Shown: positions 38,659-53,200 of the stretch, piece after piece | Layout of the letters: every line of letters begins with the position of its first letter | How positions within the stretch are numbered: the first letter of the stretch is position 1 | NCBI GenBank assembly: GCA_036172245.1 | Contig: JAYWIR010000011.1 | Location: forward strand, 310,001 to 374,000 | Direction: 5' to 3' | DNA from: Raillietiella orientalis | Lineage: Eukaryota | DNA: 64,000 nucleotides | Made by a program: the position numbers and the translations under genes | Notes under the pieces: model-generated | The model's input: the letters and a program-made list of their open reading frames with translations, nothing else | Told to the model about the DNA's origin: nothing | Database searches by the model: none

Positions 38659-41600
38659 CTTGGAAAGAGGGAGTCTGCAAGCGGTGGCAGGCCGTTCGAT
38701 CCACGCACACTCCGTCCTGGACTCCGTATAGACAGTGAGTGCCCTCTCCTCCCAACTCCCTCCCGATGAGGTCAGAAAGTGATCGACCAAAAAGACGCCG
38801 TGCTGTAAGAGTGCTGCCCTGCTCCCCGACCAAGACACGGGCACTTTCTTCGCCTACGGGAAACTCCCGGGAAAGGAACAGGAAGGGGGAAACAGCGTGC
38901 GATTCATGCACAAAAAGCGATTTCAAAGGACGCAGAGCCGTATTTCAAAGCATTCGAGTCAGAAATGGTGTCTTCTATTGTACATACATGCAAAGTTGCG
39001 CGCACACTTGACACAGTTTCGGAGTGGAAGAATTTGAAACATTCTGTAACCGGAAACTCAAAATGTGCACAAAAGCTTTCGGAATTCGTCATCGTTTCAT
39101 CGTGAACAGTTTTCCGTTGTAAGCCTCACACGTGTAGCCTGCGTCCATCAGCAGCAAAGTACAGATAGGGATACAGGAGACTTCGTCTTCATCGTTTAAT
39201 TAAAATAACTGTTTGAAATCCTCTTTGATTAGTGGCAACCAAAATGGTGTTGTGTGACATCCAGTTACCTACAAATAGCAGCAGCAGAGTTTGCCTTCGG
39301 AAAGCTTGGAACAACGGACAGCAGGAACAGTATGGCTGCTGGACAGCGAGCTGGTGGCGGTGCCCATCTCCTGCCCTGCACTACAGTCAAGGAAGCCTTT
39401 TACACACGACTGGCTCTCCTGTTAGATGGGCGGGGACAGAAGCGCGGTATCCGCCAAAACTACCCGAAAAGGTCAGCAAACTTTTTGCAACTGGAGCGCT
39501 ACGGAGATTCTCGAAGATTCTCAAACCAGCTGGAGAAAGAAAAGCGAAAAGTCTCTCGACCGTCGCGATAACAACAGCAGAAGGAATTCATTTCGCACAC
39601 AGGAAATTCCAGGGAACCTGGAAGTGGAGATTATGGTGAACTATGGAAGCAAGGTGTAGGGCCGGCAACGTTCATCACATCTGCATACCTGATAAGTGTC
39701 TTCTTTTAAGAACAGAAACGCGCAGGAAGACTGGCCAACTCATAAGTGGATATCGGAATTTTCGAATCAGGAATGGCATTCTCTTGTTCTCAGTATTCTA
39801 TTTATCGAAACTCACTCATGCGATAGTCCTTTAGGTATAAAAGACTTCCGCATGAGTGGGTTAGCTGTATTCGTGAATGATGACAAACAGGAAGAGATGA
39901 AACACTAAACGATTGCCATTGATGGACCACCAAATTTCTGCGGACCCATACAATCTTTCTCGTGCATCCATTTCAAAGTAAATTACGGAACGCTGTGTGT
40001 GTGTGTGTATGTGTGTGTGTGTGTTTGTCTTCTATCATTTTCACATTTTCTTCCACTTGAAATGAAAAAAAACCGGTCGGGACATTGTAAGTTAAAAGAG
40101 ACGCAACCAACAAAAAAAAGAAGGATCGACTGTCCAACTTCAAAAAATCTCGCCTATGTTTGTGAGATGTCTCAGAAGTTATTGGTTTACCGGATTTCCT
40201 TCCTTTTTCCTTTTTTTTTTTTTTTTTTTTTTTTTTAAGCATTGAAAAAGCGGAAAAATGATTACGCCGGAAACACAAACATGCAATCAGATTTCTGTGT
40301 GTATGTCTACCACAAGAAGCATTGCATTGATGCAAGATAAAAGGATCCCTTTATCCACATCCTAGAATACGAAGCAGAAAGGGTAGGAAAAAATGAGTAA
40401 AGAAAGTGCGTACATAAGGATAGAATTGAAATAAACACACATCACAAAGGTGGTATGAATGCGACCAGAAAGCAGCCGTGATTGAAAGCATTCCCAAAGA
40501 TGGAATGCTCCTGCGCATGCCATAGCCTTCTGAACGGTAACTCCGCCTCAATCATTATTTCCAGAAAATACGGTATAATCAGTATCATTCCACGAAGGTG
40601 AACGTACAGAGGATCCAACGAACCCATGCAACGTGCATTCCATGCCAAGTACCCATGCCAAGCTTGAACGTGTTTGGCTGGGACGCAAGGTCGTTCCAGG
40701 AGTGTGTCCGAGAAGCTGACCATGGCTGTGTGCATCCGGCTCACAGATTAGGCTCTTGTTTTCCTTGAAAGCAGCAGCAGCAGCAGCAGTGTTCGAATTC
40801 TGAATACTGTAAGATTGCAGGAGTGAACGATGATTCTGGCACAATACGTTGCACATGTATGCTACGAGTACTTTATTGCTTTTCCCGAGGAAATTAGATG
40901 CTGCCTGCTTTCGAAGCTTTCCGTTCAAACGGCTCATATGTCTGAAAACAAGCAGACTGTTTGTTCATATGAGACTCTCTTCGAGTGCTGAATTCGAGAC
41001 TCTTTCTTCAATCCATTAACACGCCTTCGGAATGACTTTTTGATTCCTCGTTACACAGGAACTGTTTGAATGCCCAACTACGCCTGTTAGAGCTGCTGCT
41101 ACTTTCTATTCTCCACAACTGCCTCTGCAGAGGGAAAGACGAACGAACCTCCATTCAAAAGATCTTTCACGGTTCTTGCGAGAAACCTGAATGCACTGTC
41201 TGTCTGCTGATACGTTTTGAACCTATTCCGACAAACACGTGCGTACCTACGAATCCTTAATTCCCCGTAGATATTGAGGGCAAGTGGCTTTTCGAGCTAC
41301 TGGAACGCGGAGGTGAATGCTATCTGCACTCTCCCCGTCCAGAACGACCGCCACCAACCCGAATCGGTTGAAAGATAATGACCGCGTATGCAAAGAACTG
41401 GCTGGAAGGCGAATGTGTTAGCGGTTGAGGAAAAAAAAACAGCGCTTGCTTAACACAAAGAGCAGAGAAAGAGATATCCAGAATAGAGAACTCTTCAAGG
41501 ATAACATTACATCCTTCGTAAACACTGTTTTTTGGCAAGCAGCGAACGACTCCCAATGAGTTTATAAAGGGTCCAGATGGAAAGAAGCGATGATTCATGG

Positions 41601-44297
41601 GAGAGTGCAGGATGCAACTGGAACGAGGAGTTCGGGAGACAGTGTAGAGAGAAAATTTTTTTTTAATTAGTTGGCTGATCCATGCAAACAAAATGGGTAC
41701 AGCAAATTCCTTGAGAATCATGTTTGTATTCAATCAGCCAATTGGTGGGAAACCGTGAAACGTTCTCTCTCCTGAGTTTTCCGCTTTCTTCCCTGATAAT
41801 AGGTGCAATCAATTCCTGGAGAATTACCAAAGAAACCCCAAAGATGAGCCCAACCTTTTAACGTATGTTGTTCATAAGCAACTTACCAAGCAGAAATTCT
41901 GAATGGAGCAATAAATTAAAATGGGCATCATAATTTCGATGGATATCGTACCATAAGATCTTTAAAGCAGGCCATGTACGCTAGTTGTGTCCAGTATCTG
42001 AGCCTTTAGTGATTTCTACTGATGGAAACAAATCGCAGCTGCGAATTCAAGGCATTTTGTGATGGAATCTGTGTTCATTCGAACTCATAGGATTTTCGAG
42101 CCTGGAATGGTGGCGTAGGAACCCCCCCCCCCCTGGCTTTCCGTTTTCAAATGGCGCGCCTATTGGGGCATCCCGTTCGCTGATTTCGAACATACCCCTT
42201 CTGTATTTTTTTGTTGTTGCTGCTGATTTTTTTTTTCTTTTCTTTTCGAGGGGATGGGGGGAGGGTTGCTTTGCCTCCGATTTCCGCATTTGCATTTATC
42301 GACTTCAGTTCTTCGAGAGTTGCTTGGGCGCCCCCCCCCCCCGATCCATGCAAATCACGCCCGGCGATCCCCACGAAGTCATCTGGCAGCACTGAACCGA
42401 TCCGGGCTTGGACGCAGTAATTTGCTCACTACCGAGTGTTAAGTGCTTCCCATTTAACACCTCAACTTGTGGACGCGCATCGTTCGTGGGGGAATCACCG
42501 TGTTGGTGCGTATGCACGAAGTTAATAACTAGAACCAAATCCATAAATATGCCGTCGAAAAAAAAGAAAAAAAGAAAAGAAAGAGAAATGTTTTCGATCG
42601 TTTTTTTTTTTTTTTTTTACTCCCTTTTTCGCAAAGCTCTTGTAATTAAATGATCAAAAGGCTCGAATCAGAAAAAGAGAGAGGGAAGAAGAGACCACTG
42701 GAAGAGCACCAAAGGTGAAAGACAACACAGGGCGTTTGCCGTGTACGGAAGGATAGAATTGTATGGAGAGAGTGCCTGTAGCCACCCGATGCGCTCCTAT
42801 CCTTCCGTGTACATTGCCTTCGTAATACTCTGAAATTTCTGGAATACAGGAGGAGGAGGCCGTAGAAGCGGACAGAACTCGATGCCGGTGCTCGATGTCT
42901 CCAGCAGATCTCGAGTGCCTCCAGCTCTCCGGTTTCTATGGTCGGAGAGCATCTCCCGTTATCACGCAAGCACATCTTTAGGAAAAGAAAATGAGATATG
43001 CACGAAAAAAAAAAAAAAAGAAGGAAATCATCCACGTGCATTTCGTTCGTGACGAAGGCCTCGGGCAGCCCTTACCAACTGATTTTCTTTTCCCCTTTTC
43101 CTTTTCCCAGTCTGTGTGACCTTATGTCGCATGCGTCAAACTTTTGTTGAACTTACTGTCAAAAAGGCAGAAAGAGCAAGCATCCAAGTCTTTTTTTTTT
43201 TCTGTTTTAGCAGGAAGGTAGGAGGAGGCAGTGCCCACGCCATCCCTGCTGGATGTCACGGGGACCCACGCGGAGGCCCAATTCGGACTGGATTCGCAGA
43301 TGCAAGCAGCGGTGCTCACCATCATTCCAAGATCAAGATTAAAAACATTCACTTCGAAAAATCGGGAGGAAAAACAGGGGACGGGAGGGGGCGGGGGTGG
43401 GGGTGGGGGGATTGGAAAAAAAAAAACAAAAACAAAGAAAAAGAGAGGCATACTTTCAAGGCATTCCTGAATTTTTCCTTAGTTATCTCGTTCGACATTT
43501 TCCAAACGTACGCAGGGTGTCGTTAGAAACGTCATGAATGTTTTCGAAAACTACACAGTTTAGATCTTGCTTGCTACGGCACAGGGGCAGCTGAGAACTC
43601 AAAAAAACACGGCATATGGAATTTTCGCAGTTTTTTCGAACACACGAAAGCAGAGCTTCATATCGAAAAGAATTTTTGTTTTGCTCGACTGTAATCACTT
43701 TGCCGTTCACACGTAATTTTGCAATCGTGAAGTTATCTGCCAACAATGGTTGCCATGGTGCGATCTTTCGCACTTTGACTGGCAAAGGCAAATTTTTTTT
43801 TTTTTTTTTTTCTTCTTCCTCCCAGAGGGAAACACTGGCAAATCAATCCTCGAGTGAAAAATGAATGCGCAGGAATGCCCGCTGCGCGTTCACGTCACTT
43901 CCTGTCAGCGGGCATGAAAATTAGTGGAAGGATTAAAAGATATCTTGGATACTGAAACTATTAAAAACTAATTCCTTCCCAGAGGTCGGAGCGAAATGCC
44001 CCGGTTAAATTCTAGCGCTCGCCTCGACTGGGGAGGAAGAAGCACTTCTTATTCTCCGGGAAGTATGATTTGCAGCGCTTCGATGCAATTTCGTTGCTAT
44101 GGTTTTATCGCTGGGAACGCAAGAATAATTCTCGAACAATTTGTTCTGTTTGCTAGGGGTGGCTGGCGAAGTTTTACAGCGACGGTGGTGCTCTGTCAGG
44201 TTTATTAATGTAGCCATCACTCTTACCAGAATCATACATGCGCCACGAATTAAAATGGGATGATCGCGCTTCCTTGGCCCGAGTTGCATAAAACCTC

Positions 44298-44336
44298 CAT
44301 CCTTTTACCAGCGTCGGAGATGCTGGTAAAAGGATG
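44298..44336. repeat. Near-perfect palindrome / hairpin
   Basis: CATCCTTTTACCAGC-GTC-GGA-GAT-GCTGGTAAAAGGATG forms a 15-bp perfect stem extended by 3 further pairs (one G-T), with a 3-nt loop. Confidence 0.9.
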
Positions 44337-47300
44337 TGGGGTGAGAAGCGGCTTAGACGATCCTGGATGTCAGTCTGTTTGCTTCAGAGGCAAGTGGACT
44401 GGAGACTCATATTCGAACTGGGATGGATAGTCGGACAAACGAGGACGGATGGCATCTTTGAAAGGGATTCGAAGGCGAAGGCGGGAATCTTGGGAAAAGA
44501 GAGAGAAAAAAAAGGGGGGGGGGGAACAGTAACGGAAACTCAAGAGGATGAAAGAATGCGACTCCGTGCCGCACTTTCTGTCCCCACCTGAAGAAGGGCA
44601 GAGCACGTCTCAGAGTCCGACCACGCCTCTGGAGGAAGAGGCAGCGGAGGGAGAAGGGGACCGCCTGAACACGAGACGCGCCCATCCAGAGAGGTTCGTG
44701 GGCGAGGAGGATGCGCACGGGGTGAACAACTCCTCGATAGCCGCGCTCCCCACCCGGCGCACTACCCGTTCGAGCGTCCCCGGGGCGTGAGGGGACCACG
44801 GCGGCGGCGGCGATGCCTCCCGCGGCCGCCTTCTTGACCTTCCGACGCCGACTGCGGATCCTACGCGGTCCTAAGGGGGTGGTCACTCCCACTCAGCCTC
44901 TTCCTGCCAGCGCTCGCTGTGCACAGGGAGGCTGCATTTCGAGATGCCGCTCCCTCCCTCCCTCTCTCCTCAGGATCGGGGGAACTCGGTCGCTTCCGGT
45001 TCTTCACCCTTCCCGGTTAGCCCAGCAGCCCTTTTGGCCCCAGCAAATCCGATCCTTCATCCAGGCTCCAGAGCAAGGGGATCGGGCGGATCCTTCCCCA
45101 CACCTTCACGTTCTTACCCGGACTACCCCAGACGCAATCGTCGGAAGCAGAGCCCCTGCTGCGTAGGGATGGGATGGGCTTGCCCGTTCCGATGCCCTGC
45201 GGCCTTCTGGGGTGCGCCTTCCCCCTGGTCTTCTTCGACCTCCTTCGACGCCGCAGGCTGGCTCTCGCGATCGTGGGACCCTCGAGTGCCCTGACAGTGT
45301 TTGCTTCTTCCTTCAGGTGACCAAGGCGGCTGACCTCGCCCGCCGAGCGGGTCTTCTTGGCTTCCTCTCCCGAGGCGACCGCGCCAGCCTGGATCGCCTC
45401 CAGGAGAAGCAAGAAGGGAGGGATCCCCTCCCTCCCATGAGCGCTTTGGGCTCGCGCTCTCTGCCAGAGGCAGCGGCAACTTGCGCACCTGCTGGTTCTT
45501 CCCACGGCCCGGAGGGTGAGAGATGGTTCCGGCACGTTTCCGGACGCCCTCGGGCGCCTCGGAAAGGAGGAACGCGAAGGGGCCGAGGGAAGGGGGGAGG
45601 GTCACAGTGGGGACACGGTTCCGCACCTGGGCGGTGGATTGTCCAGGGACCGGGTCGTGCCCTGCTCCCGTCCCATCCCCCTTTCCTGCGCTTTTCCTTC
45701 CCCCACCCCTGCCCTTCACGCTCACAGCCCACTGTGACCCTTTCCTTCTCCTCCTCCGTCCGCTCGAGGGATCGCGGAGCTTGGGACTCCCCTTCACGGG
45801 ATCCGAGGGAGCTTCCCTTCATCCCCCCTTCAGAGGGGAAAGATTCTTCGCTGCTGGAGAACGAGGGGGAGGGGGCAGAGGACCAACCCGAGGGACCCCT
45901 CCCTTTGCGTGCGTGCTCTCCAGACCGGTCGAGAGTGGCACGAAGAAAACGTGCACTCCCGTTGGCTTCTTGTTTTCAACAGCGCGCGAACTCGGGCGGA
46001 GGGCCAGGGAACTGCCAGCGCCGGCTGCGCTTTCCCTGCAGAGCGAACGCAAGCGCGGGGCTGCGGAAGGAGGACGAACGCTGGAGGGGGGTCCGGAGTT
46101 GGAGCCAGGAATTCTCCCCTCTCCTTCGCTTCTTCTTCTCCTCCTCCTCTGACACTCTCCCTTTCCCACAGGTGTACACACAGACGGCGCGTGCACATAA
46201 GGACGACAAGTGTACATACATATGGCACGTGTACATACGGGAGACACGTGTGCAGACGTGCTTGCGCACGCTTGTCTTCGGGACCGTCCCTGCAGCTCCA
46301 AGCAGCCGTCTTCTCGCTCCTCCGGCGGTCCAGACAAACTCCCCCTCGTCCGCCTCCCTCACACACACGCGGGGATCTGGGTGATGCGGCTGCTGCTGCT
46401 TCCTCCGTGCAGCACGCTGATTCTCTTTTTTTTCCTCCCTGCATGATCATCTGCTGCTCCGGCCGATGACGGTCGGCCGTTCTCGGACGACACCCGGCTG
46501 TTTGAGCGAAGCCTCCCAGGGAAGGAAGCCGAGACGGACAATGGGCCTCGGCAACGAGCTGGTGGACGTCCAGCGAAGTCCTCTGGCCACTCGCCAGACC
46601 TGTTCGGCGGGGAATTCCGGACCAGATGAGCAGCGTCCCAGGGAGTCGGGGAGCTCTCTGGACGCGGCGGCACTTGAGCCACACAAGGAAGACCTTCCTC
46701 CGAAGGATGGCGCTTTGGGGAGACGCCGGCGACTCTCCTCCTTCCTGGAGACGCTTCCATGGAATCCGAAGGGTTTCCCGGAGAGGGCCCTTCTGGTGCG
46801 GTCCGGGTCGGCCCTCTTAGGTCCATGAGCGCTCGCCGCTCCGCAGGCGCATCCGCATCCTCCTTCCCGTGGTCCAGAAGCGCCTGTCGCACGCCGCTGT
46901 CCCGTCATCCCGGAGATGCTCTCTCGTCTTGGGATGCTGGGCGAGGAGCGGAAGAAAGCGGGCGCGAGATGCTCCCACCGATTACATGACTCGTGCCTGC
47001 CGAACGCTTCCGTCCTCTCGGTTCTTCCGGACCCTGAGTGGGCGTGCTTGGCGGCGGTCTTGAAACCTTGAATTGCACGCGGACAGGTATCATCTGTGGA
47101 AAAGGACAGGCCGCGCACGACGAGGACGACGGGAGGAATTCCCTCATCGCTGCCACCATCCTTCTCGTCATCCAAGAGCCCCTCCAAGCAGAGGACCAGC
47201 CCATCTCCATGGTCTTCTGTTTGGAGGAGCTCTTCGCAGCAGCAGTCGTCGGCTCCAGGTGGAGCTCTGGCAGCTGCCTCCTCCGGCCTGCCTGGGCACT

Positions 47301-50277
47301 TCGAGAGCTGACCCGAGATGGCACGGCGGCGGCCTCTTCAGCACCCATGGGCGTGCTAGGGAGCCCTGTGGCTGCCCAGGATCGAAAACGCCCCCTGAGC
47401 TGGTGCAGGGCGGAAGGCGTTCGCGGGGCCATTCCCACCCCCCTTCCTTCCTCCGCAGCGCCAAGTTCCATCCTTCGCTTCCCCTCAGCCTGTCATTCCG
47501 GCGGCAAACTTCCCAGTTCTCTCGGGCATTTTCCCATCCCACGGCGGCGTTCTGTTCCCTCGCGAGGAAGCTGCTCTCGGTCCCGAGCAGTCGGAGAGCC
47601 AGTCAGAAGACATTCGGGAAGAAGGGGGAGCTCTGATATCGCTGGAGCCACTGCCTCTCGCCCCAAGGACCTCGGGCGGTCCCTCCCTTCGCGACAGATC
47701 AGGGATTGCTGCTGCTCCTCCCAGTCGCTTCCCGGCGTTAGCCCACAGCTTCCGCCTCCGCCTACCCACCTCCCGTCTTCGGTTTTTTCGGAGAACTCCC
47801 AGGACCAAGGAATCTTCAGTTCCCATCTCTCCCATTCTCCTCCTCCTCCCCTCCCTTCTTCCAGAGTGATGTTCCGACAAATGGCCGATGGCATCTGCTG
47901 CCCTCAGCCTCCTCCTCCCCTTCCCGGTTCCGAGGGAAGCGGCGCCTTTTCGCTTGGGTCCGGAAGCAGCAGCAGCCGACGGTTAGCGCGGAGGAGCCCG
48001 CACTAACCGTCGTCCGTTGATCTCCTTGTCGAAAAGGGAGCTCCTCCCTAACTGGCCCCGTCCTTTTCTTCAAGGGTCCGCACGTCTTCGGGCGCCGCCT
48101 GCACCGGCCGTCGACTTGGAGGAATGCCGCCGTCCCTCCTCTGCCGTGGTCGTCGGGGTTGTCGAAGGGGCGGGTGAGGTGATCGACAGCATCGGGGGAG
48201 TGACTGCCGCCCTCAGGGAGAGACCCGTGTCAGTCGGCCATCAGTGAGAGAACGGAACGTGCCTCCTCCTCCATTCTGTAAGGGAGTAGGACTTCCCGGG
48301 AGACGGCGGAGACCACCCCGGTCCCGGAACTCCTTCGGCGCCGTCCGCCGTCCGCGATCCGTCCGGACGAGTGGCGGCGACCGCCCGGATGACCACACTC
48401 CTGCCCTCTGCAACGCGAGTTCGAGCAACGGTCCGCCACTGCTGCCAGCAGCAGCTGCTGACCGGACCGCCCAGGGAACCTTCACCTGGGAGGGAGGTCG
48501 CACCCTGCCGTCGTTTTTCCGGGGTCCTCCACGGAACTTGCCGCCACGCCGCAGGAAGTGAGGTCTCCGCACCGTGGCGGAAACTTCGACCGGGCAGGGG
48601 CCATTCGTGGAGGTCCCCCGAGGCCGGGACCACTAGATACCAGAGCCCTTGAGTGAGAAGGCGGGTCATAGGCCCTGCGGAAACACCCCGAGCTAGAGTC
48701 CTGCAAGAGGGTCGTGGAGGGGGGAGTAGGGGAAGAAGACGAGCCCCTGAGCGAAGGGACGGCAACCACCCAGAGAGCGCTCTCGTCCGTTCGATCCCGG
48801 TCGCGTCTCCTGCATCCGCCGAGGCGCCACCTGACTGTCAGGGTCGGCGAAGGGCATGGGGAGTTCTTTTTCCGGGTCCGGGAAAGGAGGAGGTGGTCCT
48901 CTCCTACCCTCTCCTGTTCTTTCCAGCTGATCTCTCCCTCCACTACAGCCGGCACGAGGACAAGAGCTGCTCGCAGGGTTTCCAGTTTGGTCGGGCACCC
49001 CGCATGGCAAATTCTGGCGGGAGCGGCTCTTGGAGTCCCGGTCTGTCCCTCGCCGCGGATGCGAGTCACCTCCCCTGGGCATTCACGTCATCCTTCCGGG
49101 AAAAGGGGAGGAAAGGAGGGAGTGAACCGCCGCAGCCCGTAGGGAATCGGCTGAGCGGGAGACCCCGGAAGGACGGCAGCGGAACGACGACAGCGTTTCT
49201 TCGGCAGGCGGCATCGAGCCTTCCTACGGGTAATCCCAGGCCGGGTGCACGAAAGAGGGAACGAAGGGGGAAAGGGGCGCAGTCGGGTGGTGGAGTCAAG
49301 GAAAGGGAGAAGGGACGCGAGCGGTGTCCCTCGGGTCCACCTTAAGCAATGGCAGGCTGCCTTCCTCCTCTTCCTTCTCCCCCCCCCCCCCCTCCTTCCC
49401 TTCCCAGGAAAAGGATGAGGCCGTTCGGGTTTCGGACCTTCACCCAACGCATCTCCCCGTCCGGGAAGACGACGACAGGGCGGAGTCAGCAGAGAACCCT
49501 GGAAGTGGGGCTCCCTTCCTTCTCGCGCCATCCCCACAGGGAAGGGAAGGACGGGTCAGTCAGTCCGTTCCCTAACTCCTTCCTTCCTCACCCCGCGCTG
49601 CCATTTCTCTCCCTTTTCTCCCGCCTCGCAGAGGAAAGGGAAGCGGGTCTTCCGGAGCGACCTTATCTCTCCGCGTTCCTGCCCTGCATCATCTGGGAGG
49701 AGACGATCGCCCTCCCCATGGCTGGGCGGTCTGCTGCGGGTTCCCCCTTCTTCCTCCAATTTCCCGAGCCACCTTCACTCTTAAGGAAAGAGGAGAAAGG
49801 CCTTCCCTCCTTGTGACCGTGAGGTCCTTTTCCCCTAGTTCCCAACCCACCATCCCGTGGGAACAGGAACGGAAAGGACCCATCGTGTTCCCTCCGGCGG
49901 CAGCAGGGGAGGAACGAATCCTGTCCCAGAGCCCTGCCTGGGAGAGAACGACCCTGAAGACTCTTCTCGCCCCCCTTCCCTCTCCATCTCTTCCTCCATG
50001 CCCCCATCCCACTGGTCCCCTGCGGGGAAGGGAAGGGCGCCGCAGCTGACCGCTGCCACGGCCGTTTGCGGCCTCGCGTGAGTGGCGCGCGGACGGCGCC
50101 GCCTCGCGGCTCCCGGCCGAGGCGATCGATCGCTCCCGGGAAGACCTGCGCTCTTCGAGAAGTCTCCGGGACGCCGCGCGTCCCGCCGCCAGTCTTCCCG
50201 AGCGAGGCGCTCCTGGGAGTTCCCCGTTGCCGGATGGCTGACCAAAGAGCAGGGGTGCTGCCTCCCCGGGCGAGGCG

Positions 50278-53200
50278 ATGGGGGCGGTGCTGGGTTTGAA
50301 CCCCCGGGACAGGAGCGGTGCGGTGCGCCCGGTGCAGCCCCCCCGCGGAGGGATTTCCCTCTCGCGGGGGGGCTGCTGCCCGCCCCGGGCCGAGGGCTTC
50401 GAGAAGAACGTCAAGAAGCACTCGCTGCTCCTGCAGGCGTTCAGCTGGAGGCGTCTGGCCCCGGGCGCACCCACCAAGGGCAAGCAGCCGCCGCCGCCGC
50501 CGCTGCCCATGTGCGCCGCCACAAAGGTCGCCCCCCCTCTGCCCCCCGGCGCGGTGCGCACGGGAGGGGGGGGCAGCAGCACCGCCGCCGCCGCTGCGGC
50601 AGCCGCCCTCCGCGCCGCAGCTGCCGCGCGGCCGCCGCTGCCCCTCGTGGATGGCGGCGCCGGCGGCGGCGGTGGTGGCGGGCGCTCCTTGACGGGGGCA
50701 GGGGTGGCAGCGCCCGCCCGGGGCCGCCTGGCAGGGATCTCCGCAGTGGGTCTCGGCCCCGAGGGCCGCCCCAAGCCCGCGGGCCGCCCCAGGAAGACGG
50801 TCATCCAGGCGTCCACCTCCGAGCTGCTCCGCTGCCTGGGGATCTTCCTGACGCGCAGGTGCGGCCGCCGTTTGAGGTCCTTCCGGGAAGACGACGCCAT
50901 CTCGTGGCTGCGGGTCGTCGACAGGAACCTCCTCCTCCAGGGATGGCAGGTCAGTTGCCCCTGGTACCCCTCGGGGGGAGGGGAGGAGATGGTGCAGCGG
51001 GGTCCGCCCGCTCGCCGCCCCTAGTCCCGGGATGAGGGGGAAGCCGGCGGAAGGGGGGTTCGGAGCAACACGAGAGCGGGAGGAAAGGGAATGCGCGAGC
51101 GGGATGCGTTTCCCGGGAATACCCCCAGGACGAGGCGGGGTCGAGGAGAGGCACCTTTTCCCCCCTGGGCCCTGCGGCAGGACCAGGAAGGAACCTCCCG
51201 AGGTACCCCCTTCATGCACGCAGGAGGCACCCCCGTCTGCGAAAAAGGGGGGGAGGGGATCAGAGTAGACTCTCCTTCGCTCGGTTCTCCTTCCCGCTCC
51301 TCCCCATCGTTCCCTTTTCCCTCTCGTCCAGACGTTCGTTCCCCGGCTTTCCAAGAGGGGAGGAGAATAGGAGCGAGCACGTTGGGAGTCTCAGGAGGGG
51401 AGGGTGAAGGAGGACGCGGCTCGCACGCCCCTCATCAGGGTCGAGAAGGGAGGGAAAAGTGATGGGGACCGGCCCCTGGGAGAGGAAAGAACAGGTGTTT
51501 TTCCCGGCCTCCAGAAAGAGACAGACGTCCGGGTCTCCTGCCCCCACCTTGGGATTCTCCTTCCCCCAGCGTGGCGCACCCCACACATCTGTCCTCGCTA
51601 AGGTGTGCGTGAGTCCTCCCGCTCCCGCTCCTCCTCTGAGATGCCAAGGGGCAGGAAACGGAGGGGGAGGGGGAAGGGGGGAGAAGAAACGAAGAAAGCA
51701 GAAGGAGCGAGCCAGGAGCAGGGAGACAGGGCCGCCCCCGAAAGCGAAAGAACCCATGTGCTTCCCCTTCCTGGTCCTTTCTCCTGCGCAGGGACATTCC
51801 GGGATGCGGATCAGGGGGAAGGCACGTGTGGATCGATGATCTTCCAGAAAAAGCCCAAGGGACGACGACGCTCGCATTCCTAGCCCGAGAGGAGACTGAC
51901 GCGACGGCTCCGCGCACGGACGGGCGTCCCTTGCATTATAATCCTCGGCGCTCCTCCCCTCCCCTTCGCTCTCCTCCTCTTCCTCGCCCCAGAGCTTGCG
52001 CGTGCGCGTGGTAGCTGCAAGCAGGGACAGCGCGCGCGCCTCGCGCTCGGAGGATGAGGGGGGGGGGGGGATCCAGCAGCCTCCTCGCCGATTTCTGCGA
52101 TCTGTTTCCGTTTCGCCGGCAGTCCCACTGGTCCGCCGTGGTTGCCAGGGAGCCTGGGAGCGGACGGTGGGTGCGCCGACAGAGGAGGCTGGCACGCCGT
52201 GCAAGGGACGTCTTCGTCTCTCGGGAGGTGGTGCGCGCGAGGCGCGAGGGAGAGGAGGAGAGTCGTGACGATAGAGGGAGGAGGGAGTTGCACGGCAAAG
52301 GAGGGATGATGCTGCGCCCGCGGTCTCAGCGACTGCGTCTCAGGAGCGCGCGCGCGGTGAGGAACGTCCGGAGAGAGAGCCGCCGGTCCTCGCGGAGAGA
52401 CAGCGAGTGGGGGGCGTGGGGATTACGGAGCAGTCGCCTCCTTTTGCGAACGGGGTCGCCTCCGCTCGAAGAGCCATCAGACCCCGAGGATCCTGGAGGT
52501 CTTCTCTCTTCCTGACCTCCCCCTTCTCTTTCCTCAAGGCGGAGAAGGCGCACGGCCGCCGCCGTTATTGCCGGCGGGCGGAAGGCGGCGTTCGAAGCGG
52601 AGTCCGTTCGTTGGCCCTCCATCGTTGTGTGGTCTCCCTTGGAAAGGGCCCCGGAGGGTCTTTCCCCAGTTGGCAGCCCGTGCGGCTTCCGTTTCGTGCC
52701 ATCCCACCCCGCGGACTTGCCTCTCCCGGAGGCTCCTCCCACCCGGCTGTTGGGAGAGGCGGGGAAGGGGGGGGGGGGAGGGGATCTTCCATGACTTCGA
52801 AAGTGCTTGTCGTCGTTATAGCCTCCTCACCGGGCGCCGCTGTCGACTGGGAGTAGCAGCAGTCCGGCTCGGCCCCTTCCCGGCCCGTGACATGACCCAT
52901 CCCACGAATTTCCTTTCCCGACCGGCTCACTCCTTTAAGTCGCCTCGAGATGCTCGTCCAGCCGCGCTCTGGGCGGCATCGCTCTCCGCATCCCTGCCTG
53001 AAAGGGTTAAAAGGACAGCTGCAGCGTCCCTGCCTGCAGCTCCTTCCTCTTTGGCTGCAGAAGGTAACAACTTGCTATCCATCGCCATCCCAGGGATCGC
53101 TTGACCGTCGCAGGAAACCCACGCGATGCAGCAGCTTCGAGGACTCCACTGCTCCCGTTGCTGCGCTCTCCTTTTCCGCGGCACCGGTATGGCACACTCG

